Origin: a virus
Taxonomy: Duplodnaviria > Caudoviricetes
Length of the DNA stretch: 58,218 bases
Direction: 5' to 3' (one strand)
Virus record (IMG/VR): IMGVR_UViG_3300025138_000046
Span: 1 to 58,218 of that record
Both the position numbers and the translations under genes were made by a program. The notes under the pieces were generated by a model. It was not told where the DNA came from. It ran no database searches and was given only the letters and a program-made list of their open reading frames with translations. This document shows, piece by piece, positions 18,962 through 27,895 of this stretch. Each line of letters starts with the position of its first letter. Position 1 is the first letter of the stretch.

Positions 18962-19199
18962 TTATCTTAGATGTTAGACCACCTTTTTCGTCACCAAACT
19001 CAATCTTTTTTACATTTCCCGTCTTAGGGTTTTTTACGTAAACCACATACTTCTTTTTACCACTAGATCTTTTTGGTTTATTGAGTTCTTGCTCTTCACC
19101 AATTTCGATCATAGGTTGTTCTAAAGGTACGTGTTGACCTTCATACAATCCAAATCTTTCGTCAATATGTTCTAGAAAACTATGCATAGTTTTATACAA
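18816..19199 (-). CDS. Putative internal head protein
   Basis: MHSFLEHIDE leader; KKY.VYVK, FGD, F.ARHNC and GYWAC motifs. Confidence 0.65.
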   Translation of the reverse strand: MYKTMHSFLEHIDERFGLYEGQHVPLEQPMIEIGEEQELNKPKRSSGKKKYVVYVKNPKTGNVKKIEFGDEKGGLTSKINDRDAARNFAARHNCDTKTDKTKPGYWACRLPKYAKDLGLKGGGSYFW

Positions 19200-19647
19200 A
19201 CTCCTTCCAAGTTCTTACTATTTTACTCATAACCATTTTAATAGCAGTAAAGTATGCCCATCCAAATCCATAAAATATATGGAATGTATGGTTCTTTTCA
19301 ATTTCAGACTTAGGTCCAAACTTTCTAGTCCAATTGTCAACATACTCACCTTTATATCTTAATACTGCATGAGTTACTTTCCACTTACTTGAACCAACAC
19401 AACAAATGCCAGCCTGGTGAGTTAATAACATCCACCACATTTTAAGATGGCTCTCTCCGCACAATCTGTAAAGTATTGATAAAGAATAATCTTCGCAATC
19501 ACCTACAAACTTACCTTCGGCATCCGGTGAATAAATAATTTTCCAAGAATCGGCGGAGCCGTATTGTGTTTTATCTTTGGCATACTTCCACTTACTAGTG
19601 AATGACCTAACTATTTTATCCCTTGCTTTTAATTCTTCTCTATTCAT
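19192..19647 (-). CDS. Transglutaminase-like cysteine peptidase (BTLCP/C93-like)
   Basis: GDCEDY catalytic Cys motif, HAVL His and DN Asp. Confidence 0.7.
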   Translation of the reverse strand: MNREELKARDKIVRSFTSKWKYAKDKTQYGSADSWKIIYSPDAEGKFVGDCEDYSLSILYRLCGESHLKMWWMLLTHQAGICCVGSSKWKVTHAVLRYKGEYVDNWTRKFGPKSEIEKNHTFHIFYGFGWAYFTAIKMVMSKIVRTWKEFV

Positions 19648-20156
19648 AATTTTACTCCTTTTAATTTTTTCAAGCCCTTTAAAACTTCTGTATAAGCTTT
19701 ATCTAATTCCTTTTTAGCTTTTGCTATTTGAGCTTTTTTCATTGCTTTTTCATCTGCAGCTATGTTTGATAAACGATCCTTTTCGAATTCTATCGTTTCT
19801 TTTGCTGCGTATAAATCTTCTTTGGCTCGTCTAAGATCAGTCAATTTATCAGCTTTACTTTGAGCTTTATCTCGTTTTCTATTTGCAACGTTCTGCTTAG
19901 AATATCGGCTCTTAAGTTTTTTAGCTGCTTTTGCACCTTGCTTTCCACCAAACTTTGCGGCCATTGTACCGTATTTAAGTAAACCCGAAACAGCTTTTAC
20001 GCCTTGGTCAATTACTACAATCAAAGCAGCTTCAGCAGCTCCTTCATTCATATCTAATTGCATAGTAGCTTCATGTAAAGGCATATCTAGAATTTCATCT
20101 AAAGTTTTTGGTTCTATGTGTTCAGCAAATGTTCTCATCTTTGTCCCTTTATCCAT
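19644..20156 (-). CDS. Putative internal head protein (coiled coil)
   Basis: MRTFAEHIE leader at the second Met. Confidence 0.55.
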   Translation of the reverse strand: MDKGTKMRTFAEHIEPKTLDEILDMPLHEATMQLDMNEGAAEAALIVVIDQGVKAVSGLLKYGTMAAKFGGKQGAKAAKKLKSRYSKQNVANRKRDKAQSKADKLTDLRRAKEDLYAAKETIEFEKDRLSNIAADEKAMKKAQIAKAKKELDKAYTEVLKGLKKLKGVKL

Positions 20157-20809
20157 TTTATTGCAATGGCGTTTTCTGGAGCTTTAGCAGCCCAGGTTTT
20201 TATTTTCTTAAAAGCGTTTAGTGCAGCACTATCAATATCAGATCCTTTCGAATTATCCACAACAATCATTCTTTGTCTAAATAAACCTTGAAACTTACCA
20301 ATATTCTTCTGTACATCTTTCCACATTTTACTTACCATATCATCTGGTAACGAGCGTGGTCGCATTTTATTTCTTTCTAATGCTGTATCTAAATCTGTAT
20401 TAACAAAAATCATATGTACAGAATATCCAATAGTTCTTAACATATCAACTTGCTTTTTAATTTTAGAATAGTCTTTACCAGTACCGTCAATAACAATACC
20501 CATTCTACCTTCTAAAGCTCTCATCATAATTCTACCAGTGATAGCTTTAGCTTTTGCTCTTACAGATTGGCCTTGAGCTGAGGCTATATCTTCTGGATCA
20601 GTAGTTAATTTAGCATTTTTTAATCCTTTTTCAAAAGCATCATCTGAATTTATCAATCTAAATCCAAGAGCTTTCAGTGCAGTCTTACCTACAACAAATG
20701 ATTTACCAGAACCTGGTCCACCTGCTAGGAATACTGCTTTAAAAATAGAAGGATCATTCACACCTTCCATTAAATCAAAGTGTTGTTTAAAGTTATCCAC
20801 CGAATTCAT
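20135..20809 (-). CDS. P-loop kinase (zeta-toxin/Pnk/AAA_33-like)
   Basis: AGGPGSGKS, NSDD.FE, IDGTG and R...R.R motifs; NFKQHFDLME leader. Confidence 0.8.
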   Translation of the reverse strand: MNSVDNFKQHFDLMEGVNDPSIFKAVFLAGGPGSGKSFVVGKTALKALGFRLINSDDAFEKGLKNAKLTTDPEDIASAQGQSVRAKAKAITGRIMMRALEGRMGIVIDGTGKDYSKIKKQVDMLRTIGYSVHMIFVNTDLDTALERNKMRPRSLPDDMVSKMWKDVQKNIGKFQGLFRQRMIVVDNSKGSDIDSAALNAFKKIKTWAAKAPENAIAIKWIKGQR

Positions 20810-21032
20810 GTCCTGCGACTCTTTTCATTTGCTTTTTAAATTCAGCAAAATCTGGTTTACTTTTGTAAAGCTTAATAGAGATCTCATTTCTATCTTTACC
20901 CTTAATTCTCCACTTATAACCTTTATCTAAATGTTCTGGCTTTGTAGTCTTTACTACTCTACGTTTAAATCCATCTTCCCAAGGTTCACTCTTACCTGTA
21001 CCTTCAGTATAATATTCCGCAAAGGTTTTCAT
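20793..21032 (-). CDS. Putative internal head protein
   Basis: MKTFAEYYTE leader. Confidence 0.6.
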   Translation of the reverse strand: MKTFAEYYTEGTGKSEPWEDGFKRRVVKTTKPEHLDKGYKWRIKGKDRNEISIKLYKSKPDFAEFKKQMKRVAGHEFGG

Positions 21033-21316
21033 TTCTTTAAGTCGTACCTGTATGTTTTACCTTTTGCTTGGCCGTCCTTTGTAATTTTAAACTTAGCAAT
21101 ACGAGCTAGGTTGTTAACTACTTCTAATTTACCTTTAGACATATCCTTTTGTAACTCTGGTTTTACTTTCTTCCAGATAGTATCTAATATATCTGAATCA
21201 GACATTACTAATGGACCTTCGCTCATAGCAGATTCTGAAAGCTTTTTATCCTTGGCATTCTGAAGAGACTCGGTAGCAGCCTTTTGTCTTCTTAAAATTT
21301 CATGGAAAGTATTCAT
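21029..21316 (-). CDS. Putative internal head protein
   Basis: MNTFHEI leader. Confidence 0.55.
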   Translation of the reverse strand: MNTFHEILRRQKAATESLQNAKDKKLSESAMSEGPLVMSDSDILDTIWKKVKPELQKDMSKGKLEVVNNLARIAKFKITKDGQAKGKTYRYDLKK

Positions 21317-21317
21317 C

Positions 21318-21776
21318 TTACTTTTTTTCCTTGGCCATCATAGCAGCAATTTTCATTAACGTCTTTTTGTCTTTATCAGATATTTTATCTAATTGCTTTT
21401 TCTTAGCAATATCTTCTAGTGACTTTGCCCATGAAGCTGAGGATTCTTCAACGTTTTCAAATTTAAGCCTTAATGCTTTTAATAACTCTTTCTTGTATCG
21501 TGCAAATAAATCACTACCGGAATCTTTAAAGAAATCTGTCTTTACGCCTTTATGAAAAGGGCCTGGTTTGTGATATTTTTTAATAATAGTATATCCAGTA
21601 TCTGACATCCAATCATTAAAATCATCTTCCGTTTTAAGTTTACTTACAGATTTTTTTGCAGTTCTGATTAAATCAGATGCAGCCTTTTTACTATAAGGCT
21701 CGTCATCCATCCAATTTTCGTTAACCGATTCAGAATGAGTGTTATAGTTAGTTCTCAATTCTTTAAAATTTTTCAT
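21318..21776 (-). CDS. Putative internal head protein
   Basis: MKNFKELR leader. Confidence 0.55.
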   Translation of the reverse strand: MKNFKELRTNYNTHSESVNENWMDDEPYSKKAASDLIRTAKKSVSKLKTEDDFNDWMSDTGYTIIKKYHKPGPFHKGVKTDFFKDSGSDLFARYKKELLKALRLKFENVEESSASWAKSLEDIAKKKQLDKISDKDKKTLMKIAAMMAKEKK

Positions 21777-22024
21777 TTTACCATTCCTCTTACTTCTTTT
21801 TTAGATAACCCATATACGTCAACCAACCATTTTTCTAAACCTCTTTTATCTCTACTCATGACAACAAGTTCGTTTTCTCTCTTGTCCCAAGTATCGATAT
21901 AAACTCCATCAGATTCCCAATCATCAGCGTATTCTCTTGGATCACCCATGTCAAAATCCAACGCAACTTTAAAATTTCTTTCTAAAATTGTTTGGCTTTC
22001 TCTTATTTCTTTAAACGTTTTCAT
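21773..22024 (-). CDS. Putative internal head protein
   Basis: MKTFKEIRE leader. Confidence 0.6.
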   Translation of the reverse strand: MKTFKEIRESQTILERNFKVALDFDMGDPREYADDWESDGVYIDTWDKRENELVVMSRDKRGLEKWLVDVYGLSKKEVRGMVK

Positions 22025-23211
22025 TAACTTCCCCTTACTTTAGCGGCTAGGTCTTTATCAGCCCCGCCCCATGTTCCTTTTGATTTTGTCGCGAACGAAT
22101 TAACTCTTGCTAATCCCCACTGTGTTGGATTTGTTCCAGGTCTATGACTTGAACTCCAAGCTGCATATCCTCTATCGAATACTTTCTTCAATATACCATA
22201 TGGCATACCTGTTTTATCAGCTTTATTTTGAAGTGCTTTCTTTGCATCAGCTTCTTCTAAAGACTGAGAGAAGCTTTTCATTTCTCCAAACTTCTTTTTA
22301 AAATCTTTTGTGTGATCGCTTTCAGGAGCATTTGGTCTTGGCTTATCGTGTTTAGCCTTTTGTTTAGCATCCATATCAGAATACTTCTTTTCTCCTAAAT
22401 GCTCTACATCATCTAACCAAACTCGTTTCTTCCATTCACCGAATTCAACTACTAAAAAGTTAGTACCGCACCTTTGAATAACACCAACCTGATTTGTTTC
22501 TTTTAAAACGACTTCGTCACCTTCCTTAAACAGATTACCTTTTACAAACTTTTCTCTTTTCTCTGATACAGGTTCTAGTTGTGTATGCTTTCTAGCAGAT
22601 TCTTTTTTAAGGCCCATGCCTTTTCTTATAGCATAGTATAGAGTTTGTATTCCGTCACCTGGAATTTCTAACGATGCATCTGCAAAGCCTTGAAGATCAC
22701 CTGCAGCAACTAAAGCTCTAAGTTTAGAAGCAGACATTCCTTTAACACCTTCAGCTTCTGGATCTCTTTCTCCTGCAGAAACTACTTTTATTTCATTTTC
22801 AAAATTATAAAAGCCGTGTCTTGAATCTACACCATTATACTTATTTAAAAGCACTTCAAATTCTTTTAGTCTGTCTGAACCAGCAACCATTGTAACCGAT
22901 GTAAAACCTTGCTTATATAACTTAACACAAATGTCTAATGCTGTTCTTACATCGCTATCCGCCATAATGCTTCTTGCGTGTTTTGGAAACATTTTGCGCA
23001 AAAATTTAATTTTATCTTTAAATGTTAACGGATTCTTTTTAGCGTCTTGTGATTTTGAAGCATATACTCTATACGGATTACTTCCTGCGGTTTTCTTTAA
23101 TTTGTCAAATAACTTTGCATGACCTGGTGTTGGCGGATTAAACCTACCAAAGACGAAATAGACTTCGCCCTTTGCCTCGCTTAAATATTGACTAAAACTC
23201 TTAAATTCCAT
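22024..23211 (-). CDS. HxGH-superfamily nucleotidyltransferase (cytidyltransferase-like) with extra C-terminal domains
   Basis: FGRFNPPTPGH, KNPL, GSDR and SASKLR motifs; FKSFSQYLSE leader. Confidence 0.85.
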   Translation of the reverse strand: MEFKSFSQYLSEAKGEVYFVFGRFNPPTPGHAKLFDKLKKTAGSNPYRVYASKSQDAKKNPLTFKDKIKFLRKMFPKHARSIMADSDVRTALDICVKLYKQGFTSVTMVAGSDRLKEFEVLLNKYNGVDSRHGFYNFENEIKVVSAGERDPEAEGVKGMSASKLRALVAAGDLQGFADASLEIPGDGIQTLYYAIRKGMGLKKESARKHTQLEPVSEKREKFVKGNLFKEGDEVVLKETNQVGVIQRCGTNFLVVEFGEWKKRVWLDDVEHLGEKKYSDMDAKQKAKHDKPRPNAPESDHTKDFKKKFGEMKSFSQSLEEADAKKALQNKADKTGMPYGILKKVFDRGYAAWSSSHRPGTNPTQWGLARVNSFATKSKGTWGGADKDLAAKVRGS

Positions 23212-23616
23212 TTACTTCTCACCTTTATCTTTTAATTTTGCTCTGTCTTTTTTCTTAATTCCTGGTAACATTTTCTTAGCGATTTTAGAAATCATTCCTT
23301 TCTTATTGGCTAACTTTTTTTCGATACCAGCACGTGCTGCAAAAGAAAGATCAGCTTTACTTTTGCCTTTTAACATTTTTTTGATTAGGAATTCCCTGGC
23401 TGCCTTATTGGCACGGGATTTAAGTTTTTCTGGGGAGGCAAGTTTTTTCGCAGCTTTCTTTTTACCAAGTGCGATCTTTGCTTTGTTCTTGCGAAATGAA
23501 GCTTTCATTTTCATTCTGTGTGCTAATGACATAGCCTCCGAAAAGTCTACGGTTTCATTAGTTAGATCTGCGTCGTGTTCTTTAAACGATTTCATTGTTA
23601 TCCTCGGTATCCCCAT
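23212..23616 (-). CDS. Lys-rich putative internal head protein
   Basis: MKSFKEH leader at the second Met; very basic body. Confidence 0.6.
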   Translation of the reverse strand: MGIPRITMKSFKEHDADLTNETVDFSEAMSLAHRMKMKASFRKNKAKIALGKKKAAKKLASPEKLKSRANKAAREFLIKKMLKGKSKADLSFAARAGIEKKLANKKGMISKIAKKMLPGIKKKDRAKLKDKGEK

Positions 23617-23617
23617 A

Positions 23618-24883
23618 TCAGTTAGGATTATCCCAACCTTTTATAATATCTTTGCTGAAGTTATTAGTAGAAAATTCTAATCTATCAACAAGCTTTACTG
23701 CTCCACCTTCCATACGATCTATAGCAACAAAACCCTCAGGGTTGGTCACTTTAAATCCGGACTTAGTCTTCACAAACGTACCAATTTTACTTAGTCTGTT
23801 TAGTTTATTTATAATAATTAATTTGCTATCCACAACTAAATTTTGTAAATCGAACACATTTTGTAAACTTTTTATGTTAGATTTGCTAAAAAATTGTAAT
23901 AATTGATCACGTTTTACTATTTGAATATCTTTACCTTTTTGACTGCTTCTCTTATCAATTTCTTTTTGGTATCTAGTATTTACCCACATTACTAATCCTG
24001 TTGCATGCTTCTTAGTATCGGTAATTCTCTGCCCTGATCTCACTTTAGTGTTATTATAAACGTTAATAAGTAAGTTTAATTCCCTGTTAGATTCTAATTC
24101 TTTCAGCGTAGAACCTGATATCTTTTTAAACATTTTACCAGCATCAGACAACTTTTTATTAAGCTCATCTGTTTCTTGTTTTGTTAATGTTGCTGTTCCG
24201 GAAAGATCATCTAGTGTTGCATCCTGCATCCAAACATCTTTCGACGGTTTAAGTTTAGTGACTATTGATCTGCCAAACTCAGCTCTCATTGTTTCAAATG
24301 TACCACCGTTATAAACCGTGTGCCATACGATACCGATCTTAGCTCTTGAAATTTCTTTTGCTAATGCAGTTGATGTTGGAACTGCATAAGCGATTGTATT
24401 AGGATGAAATACTATGTGCTTTACTCCACCAATATTTTCAGTTTTGAGGTCAGACTTATCAAACATGAAGTCACCTTGTATAACGCCTTTAATTCCTAAA
24501 GGCTGTAAATAATCAAAGGCCATTTTTAATTTTTTAGAAAGATCTCCAGAAGTATCAGCATCAATATCTGCATGAGATTTATATACCTTAGGATTAGAAT
24601 TAAAGATTCCTTTTTTAGCAACAAAGAATTGTCCATCTCTTGGATCTTCTCCAGCAAATACGGCGGGGGCACCGTCCCATTTTACGGTAACGTCTACTGC
24701 AGATTTTGCATTACCCGATAACATATCTCGCAACGACCTAAGCGCGAGGATAGCTTGGCGCGCCCCCTTAACTCCACCGTCAAGAATAAGATCCTCAATA
24801 TGAATCATATGAGTGTTCTTACCTGCGGCCTCCGATAATTGATTTTTAAATGATTTTATAACTTTCGTCAAATTTGATTTCAT
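23618..24883 (-). CDS. ATP-dependent ligase-like covalent nucleotidyltransferase
   Basis: TVKWDG (motif I KxDG), IQGDF (motif III-like), EGFV (motif IV) and VKLV (motif V); KSFKNQLSE leader. Confidence 0.6.
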   Translation of the reverse strand: MKSNLTKVIKSFKNQLSEAAGKNTHMIHIEDLILDGGVKGARQAILALRSLRDMLSGNAKSAVDVTVKWDGAPAVFAGEDPRDGQFFVAKKGIFNSNPKVYKSHADIDADTSGDLSKKLKMAFDYLQPLGIKGVIQGDFMFDKSDLKTENIGGVKHIVFHPNTIAYAVPTSTALAKEISRAKIGIVWHTVYNGGTFETMRAEFGRSIVTKLKPSKDVWMQDATLDDLSGTATLTKQETDELNKKLSDAGKMFKKISGSTLKELESNRELNLLINVYNNTKVRSGQRITDTKKHATGLVMWVNTRYQKEIDKRSSQKGKDIQIVKRDQLLQFFSKSNIKSLQNVFDLQNLVVDSKLIIINKLNRLSKIGTFVKTKSGFKVTNPEGFVAIDRMEGGAVKLVDRLEFSTNNFSKDIIKGWDNPN

Positions 24884-26256
24884 TATTGATATACCTTCAC
24901 GTACGCGCTAGAATCTTCTGATTTAGATCCCGCATAGTTTATAATTTTAGTTATCCAACGATTTGCTTTAGTGCCGCTGTTTTTATCAACGTAATATAAG
25001 ACATATAAACACGCTAGCTTTGAACCTATCCAATAAACGTCTTTTAATAACAATTCTTTTTCAAAGTTTTCATATGAATCATTTTTATAAAAATTGTTAT
25101 ACATTTCATAAAATATTTTAATAGATCTTTTATCTTTTTTAAGAATACTCTTAGCTATTTTATTAATGACTTTATTGTCGGGTATTTTCTTTCCAAAAAC
25201 CGACTTTATACCTTCTGCCATAATTCCGTATCCGGCACCGCCGCCTCTCGATGTTTTCATTCTGATTTCTGCTTTAATAGCTCCTCCAGCAGATCCAGCC
25301 CTTAGGTCAAGCTTACCAGCGTCAAATATAACAGTAGCACCTTTATTAGACCAAAAGGTTCCTCTAAGTTCTCCTTGGAACATTATAGTTTTTATCTTAT
25401 GGTCGTCAGTATCAGGCGGTAATTTAATATTGTACTCTTTAGCTTTAGCAGTTTTCTTAACAAGCTTTAATGATATTCCGACCAAGTCTCTATCAACAAA
25501 TGCTTGTAACAATGCTTTATTATAAGCTGCTATACTTTCGGTGCTAAGAGTTGACAATTTATAACTTTTATTAACGGCCCAGATATCTCCAGGGTTCCAC
25601 TTATCATCTTTAACAGGTTTTTGATCAGAATTTTTATATGCGACATTCTTCATTGCATATACTGTATTCATTAATTTACTTGCTCTATGAAATGTCTGCG
25701 ACTTATTTATGTAACCGTTTTTAATAAGAATTACTGCGGATTCATATGATGAATGGAACCATCCATCTTCGACTGATAATACTTCATCTAAAGTAGCATC
25801 GACATAAACTCTATTATATGCAGCTTTAAGAATATTGTGATTCATAAAGAATTCTTCGTCTTGCATTCCGTTGTCTAACATAGCTTGACACATAACACAT
25901 TGATGAGATTCTGTGATTTTAGTATTGAGAGTTCCGCCGCCAGCTCCACCTCCACCTCCAAATACTTTACTCTTTCCTAGATCGGAAGAGCTTATCATTT
26001 TATCGCCACCTATGAGAGTAAAGGGTTTTTTTAGTTTTTTGAATATTTCAATTGAAGTTATAGCATTTTCTATATCAGTTACTTTAAATACTCCGCCTTT
26101 AGCCAATTCAAGGGGCTTTCCGTCTTTTATAAGACGTGCTAAAATATCTATTCTGTCTATACCAGTATTAGCATTTGGTTTTAACAATTCGGATGGAGTT
26201 AGCTTTACGGCTTCTTGAAGTTCTTCGATTTGTTCGAAATATCTTAAGCTTTTCAT
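24883..26256 (-). CDS. Putative PD-(D/E)XK nuclease
   Basis: T.ITES, DKWNPGDIW and LVGISLK motifs; first gene of the cluster. Confidence 0.55.
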   Translation of the reverse strand: MKSLRYFEQIEELQEAVKLTPSELLKPNANTGIDRIDILARLIKDGKPLELAKGGVFKVTDIENAITSIEIFKKLKKPFTLIGGDKMISSSDLGKSKVFGGGGGAGGGTLNTKITESHQCVMCQAMLDNGMQDEEFFMNHNILKAAYNRVYVDATLDEVLSVEDGWFHSSYESAVILIKNGYINKSQTFHRASKLMNTVYAMKNVAYKNSDQKPVKDDKWNPGDIWAVNKSYKLSTLSTESIAAYNKALLQAFVDRDLVGISLKLVKKTAKAKEYNIKLPPDTDDHKIKTIMFQGELRGTFWSNKGATVIFDAGKLDLRAGSAGGAIKAEIRMKTSRGGGAGYGIMAEGIKSVFGKKIPDNKVINKIAKSILKKDKRSIKIFYEMYNNFYKNDSYENFEKELLLKDVYWIGSKLACLYVLYYVDKNSGTKANRWITKIINYAGSKSEDSSAYVKVYQ

Positions 26257-26292
26257 ATTAGTATTATACCCTATTAATTATTTGATAAAAAT

Positions 26293-26322
26293 ATTATAAC
26301 ACCCTTATCAATAAATGTACAA
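26293..26322 (-). promoter_or_regulatory. Early promoter
   Basis: TTGTACA-17-TATAAT. Confidence 0.75.
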
Positions 26323-26325
26323 TAC

Positions 26326-26333
26326 TATTTATA
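26326..26333 (-). promoter_or_regulatory. Late promoter TATAAATA (internal-protein cluster)
   Basis: Exact motif, intergenic, in tandem with the early promoter. Confidence 0.75.
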
Positions 26334-26345
26334 CTATTTTTTAAC

Positions 26346-26522
26346 TCAATTTTTAGGATTATACAGCTTATTTGGAGTTACATTATCGTTATCATCGACA
26401 TTGATAATGCCAACCATCTCGAGCATGTCGATCATTTTAGCACCACCGTCTTTGACACCGATGAGATACGATGACCATGCTGCGCCAATCATTACTATGA
26501 AATACGCAGTGTATTCTATCAC
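26346..26522 (-). CDS. Small membrane protein (58 aa)
   Basis: Hand-translated (GTG) MIEYTAYFIVMIGAAWSSYLIG...; overlaps the upstream stop. Confidence 0.55.
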   Translation of the reverse strand: MIEYTAYFIVMIGAAWSSYLIGVKDGGAKMIDMLEMVGIINVDDNDNVTPNKLYNPKN

Positions 26523-26674
26523 AACATAACCTTAAAGCATACTGTTTCGTAATCCTTGTTTATCATATCATTATAAAATGCCAAAGCTTCTTCTTTAATA
26601 GCAAATAAATATTCTGCTATTAAATTATTGTGTTTATCTACTGCAATAACTTTCCAACTATCCAAACGTTCCAT
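26519..26674 (-). CDS. Small hypothetical protein (51 aa)
   Basis: Hand-translated MERLDSWKVIAVD...; TAATG coupling. Confidence 0.55.
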   Translation of the reverse strand: MERLDSWKVIAVDKHNNLIAEYLFAIKEEALAFYNDMINKDYETVCFKVML

Positions 26675-26907
26675 TATCCGTTACTCATATATTTTTCGAC
26701 TGGTTTAAGTTCAATAAACTTCCTGCGCGATTTTGAAAACTGCTTCATAGGCTTACTAAACTCTTTGTATTTTTTAGTTTTTGTGGATCTAAATCCAACA
26801 CAATGACCTTGATTGTTTAAGATATAGGTGTGATTTAAAACAGGATGTTTACATTCATCCCAACTAGTGATTTCTTTAAAAGCTTTTAGCTCAGATTGTA
26901 TAGACAT
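26674..26907 (-). CDS. Early hypothetical protein
   Basis: KEIT.W...NHTY...FSKSRRKF motif; start refined. Confidence 0.6.
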   Translation of the reverse strand: MSIQSELKAFKEITSWDECKHPVLNHTYILNNQGHCVGFRSTKTKKYKEFSKPMKQFSKSRRKFIELKPVEKYMSNG

Positions 26908-27217
26908 AAACATCCATCCTTTCTGCATGTCTTAACGGAAGAGACTGATCGTATTTTCTAGGATGTTTTCCGTCAGCTATTGCAGCTGAAGTCCTAGGTC
27001 CTCTACCTTGACATTTAACTCTGTATCTAGTAGATTTTACCGGTTCAACGTCTGTCCAACCGCTTTGAAACCTGTAATCGTTCATTTTGTCTTTCTGAGC
27101 AGCCATTTTGTTTATGGCTTTTACAGTTGACCTAACGGTTTCTAGTTCTAGCATATCTCCTGCGCTTTTAGTATACGCAGTCATTACGTAGCTATCACTT
27201 ATATTTCTATTTTTCAT
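26891..27217 (-). CDS. Early hypothetical protein
   Basis: AAGGA RBS and an upstream early promoter. Confidence 0.65.
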   Translation of the reverse strand: MKNRNISDSYVMTAYTKSAGDMLELETVRSTVKAINKMAAQKDKMNDYRFQSGWTDVEPVKSTRYRVKCQGRGPRTSAAIADGKHPRKYDQSLPLRHAERMDVYVYTI

Positions 27218-27251
27218 AATTTAATTCCTTATCAATTTTGTTTATGGTACT

Positions 27252-27281
27252 ATTATACCATACTTTTAAGGTTTTGTACAC
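27252..27281 (-). promoter_or_regulatory. Early promoter
   Basis: GTGTACA-17-TATAAT. Confidence 0.8.
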
Positions 27282-27319
27282 CTTTTTTGCGAAAATAGTA
27301 TATAGATTCTATACGTATT

Positions 27320-27487
27320 TTATACACCGCTTGTCATGTGTACATAAGAATCTTTACATTCTTCTAGTTTGTCTCCACATGCACAAATCTCTGATTCTTC
27401 GATTGTTGGCGCTCCAACGATATCTCTTACTTGAGATTCGTTAAGTGTCACACCCACTAATTTTGCTATTACTTCTTCTAAATTCAT
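27320..27487 (-). CDS. Small hypothetical protein (55 aa)
   Basis: Hand-translated MNLEEVIAKL...ICACG...C...HMTSGV with AGGAG RBS. Confidence 0.6.
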   Translation of the reverse strand: MNLEEVIAKLVGVTLNESQVRDIVGAPTIEESEICACGDKLEECKDSYVHMTSGV

Positions 27488-27496
27488 AATTTACTC

Positions 27497-27886
27497 CTAT
27501 TGAATTCCTGTCCATCTGACATTCGCTTGACTATATCCAGTCAATACGTTACCTCTTGCGAAGTTTGTAGATGGCGCGTTATATCCAGCGGCCATCAACA
27601 TATCCCCAACATTAAAAGGTTTGTTTGTTTTATTATCGATTGCTTTTGGACTTTTCTTTACAATGAATCCAACAACTCCAGATCTAAGAGATCCATCATA
27701 TTGATTCTCTTCAGACTTGAGCAACTTAATGTAATTCCTTCCTTCTTCGAAGTGATACGTGATACCTTCCATTCTATCTTTTATGTACTGCTCATCGGTA
27801 CAGAACTCACTGCGTGAGTACCATTGTTCTAAGTCATTAGACATAGTGGTTAGAAGTTCGTTGGTTTGGTCAATTAGTTGATTCAT
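27497..27886 (-). CDS. Early hypothetical protein
   Basis: GRNYIK, GD.L.AA...AP..N.ARGN and WTG motifs; start refined. Confidence 0.7.
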   Translation of the reverse strand: MNQLIDQTNELLTTMSNDLEQWYSRSEFCTDEQYIKDRMEGITYHFEEGRNYIKLLKSEENQYDGSLRSGVVGFIVKKSPKAIDNKTNKPFNVGDMLMAAGYNAPSTNFARGNVLTGYSQANVRWTGIQ

Positions 27887-27895
27887 AATATAGTT

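Noticed and set aside
20135-20809. Zeta toxin of a toxin-antitoxin module
   Set aside because: No epsilon-like partner is recognisable; the leader and context suggest virion cargo instead.
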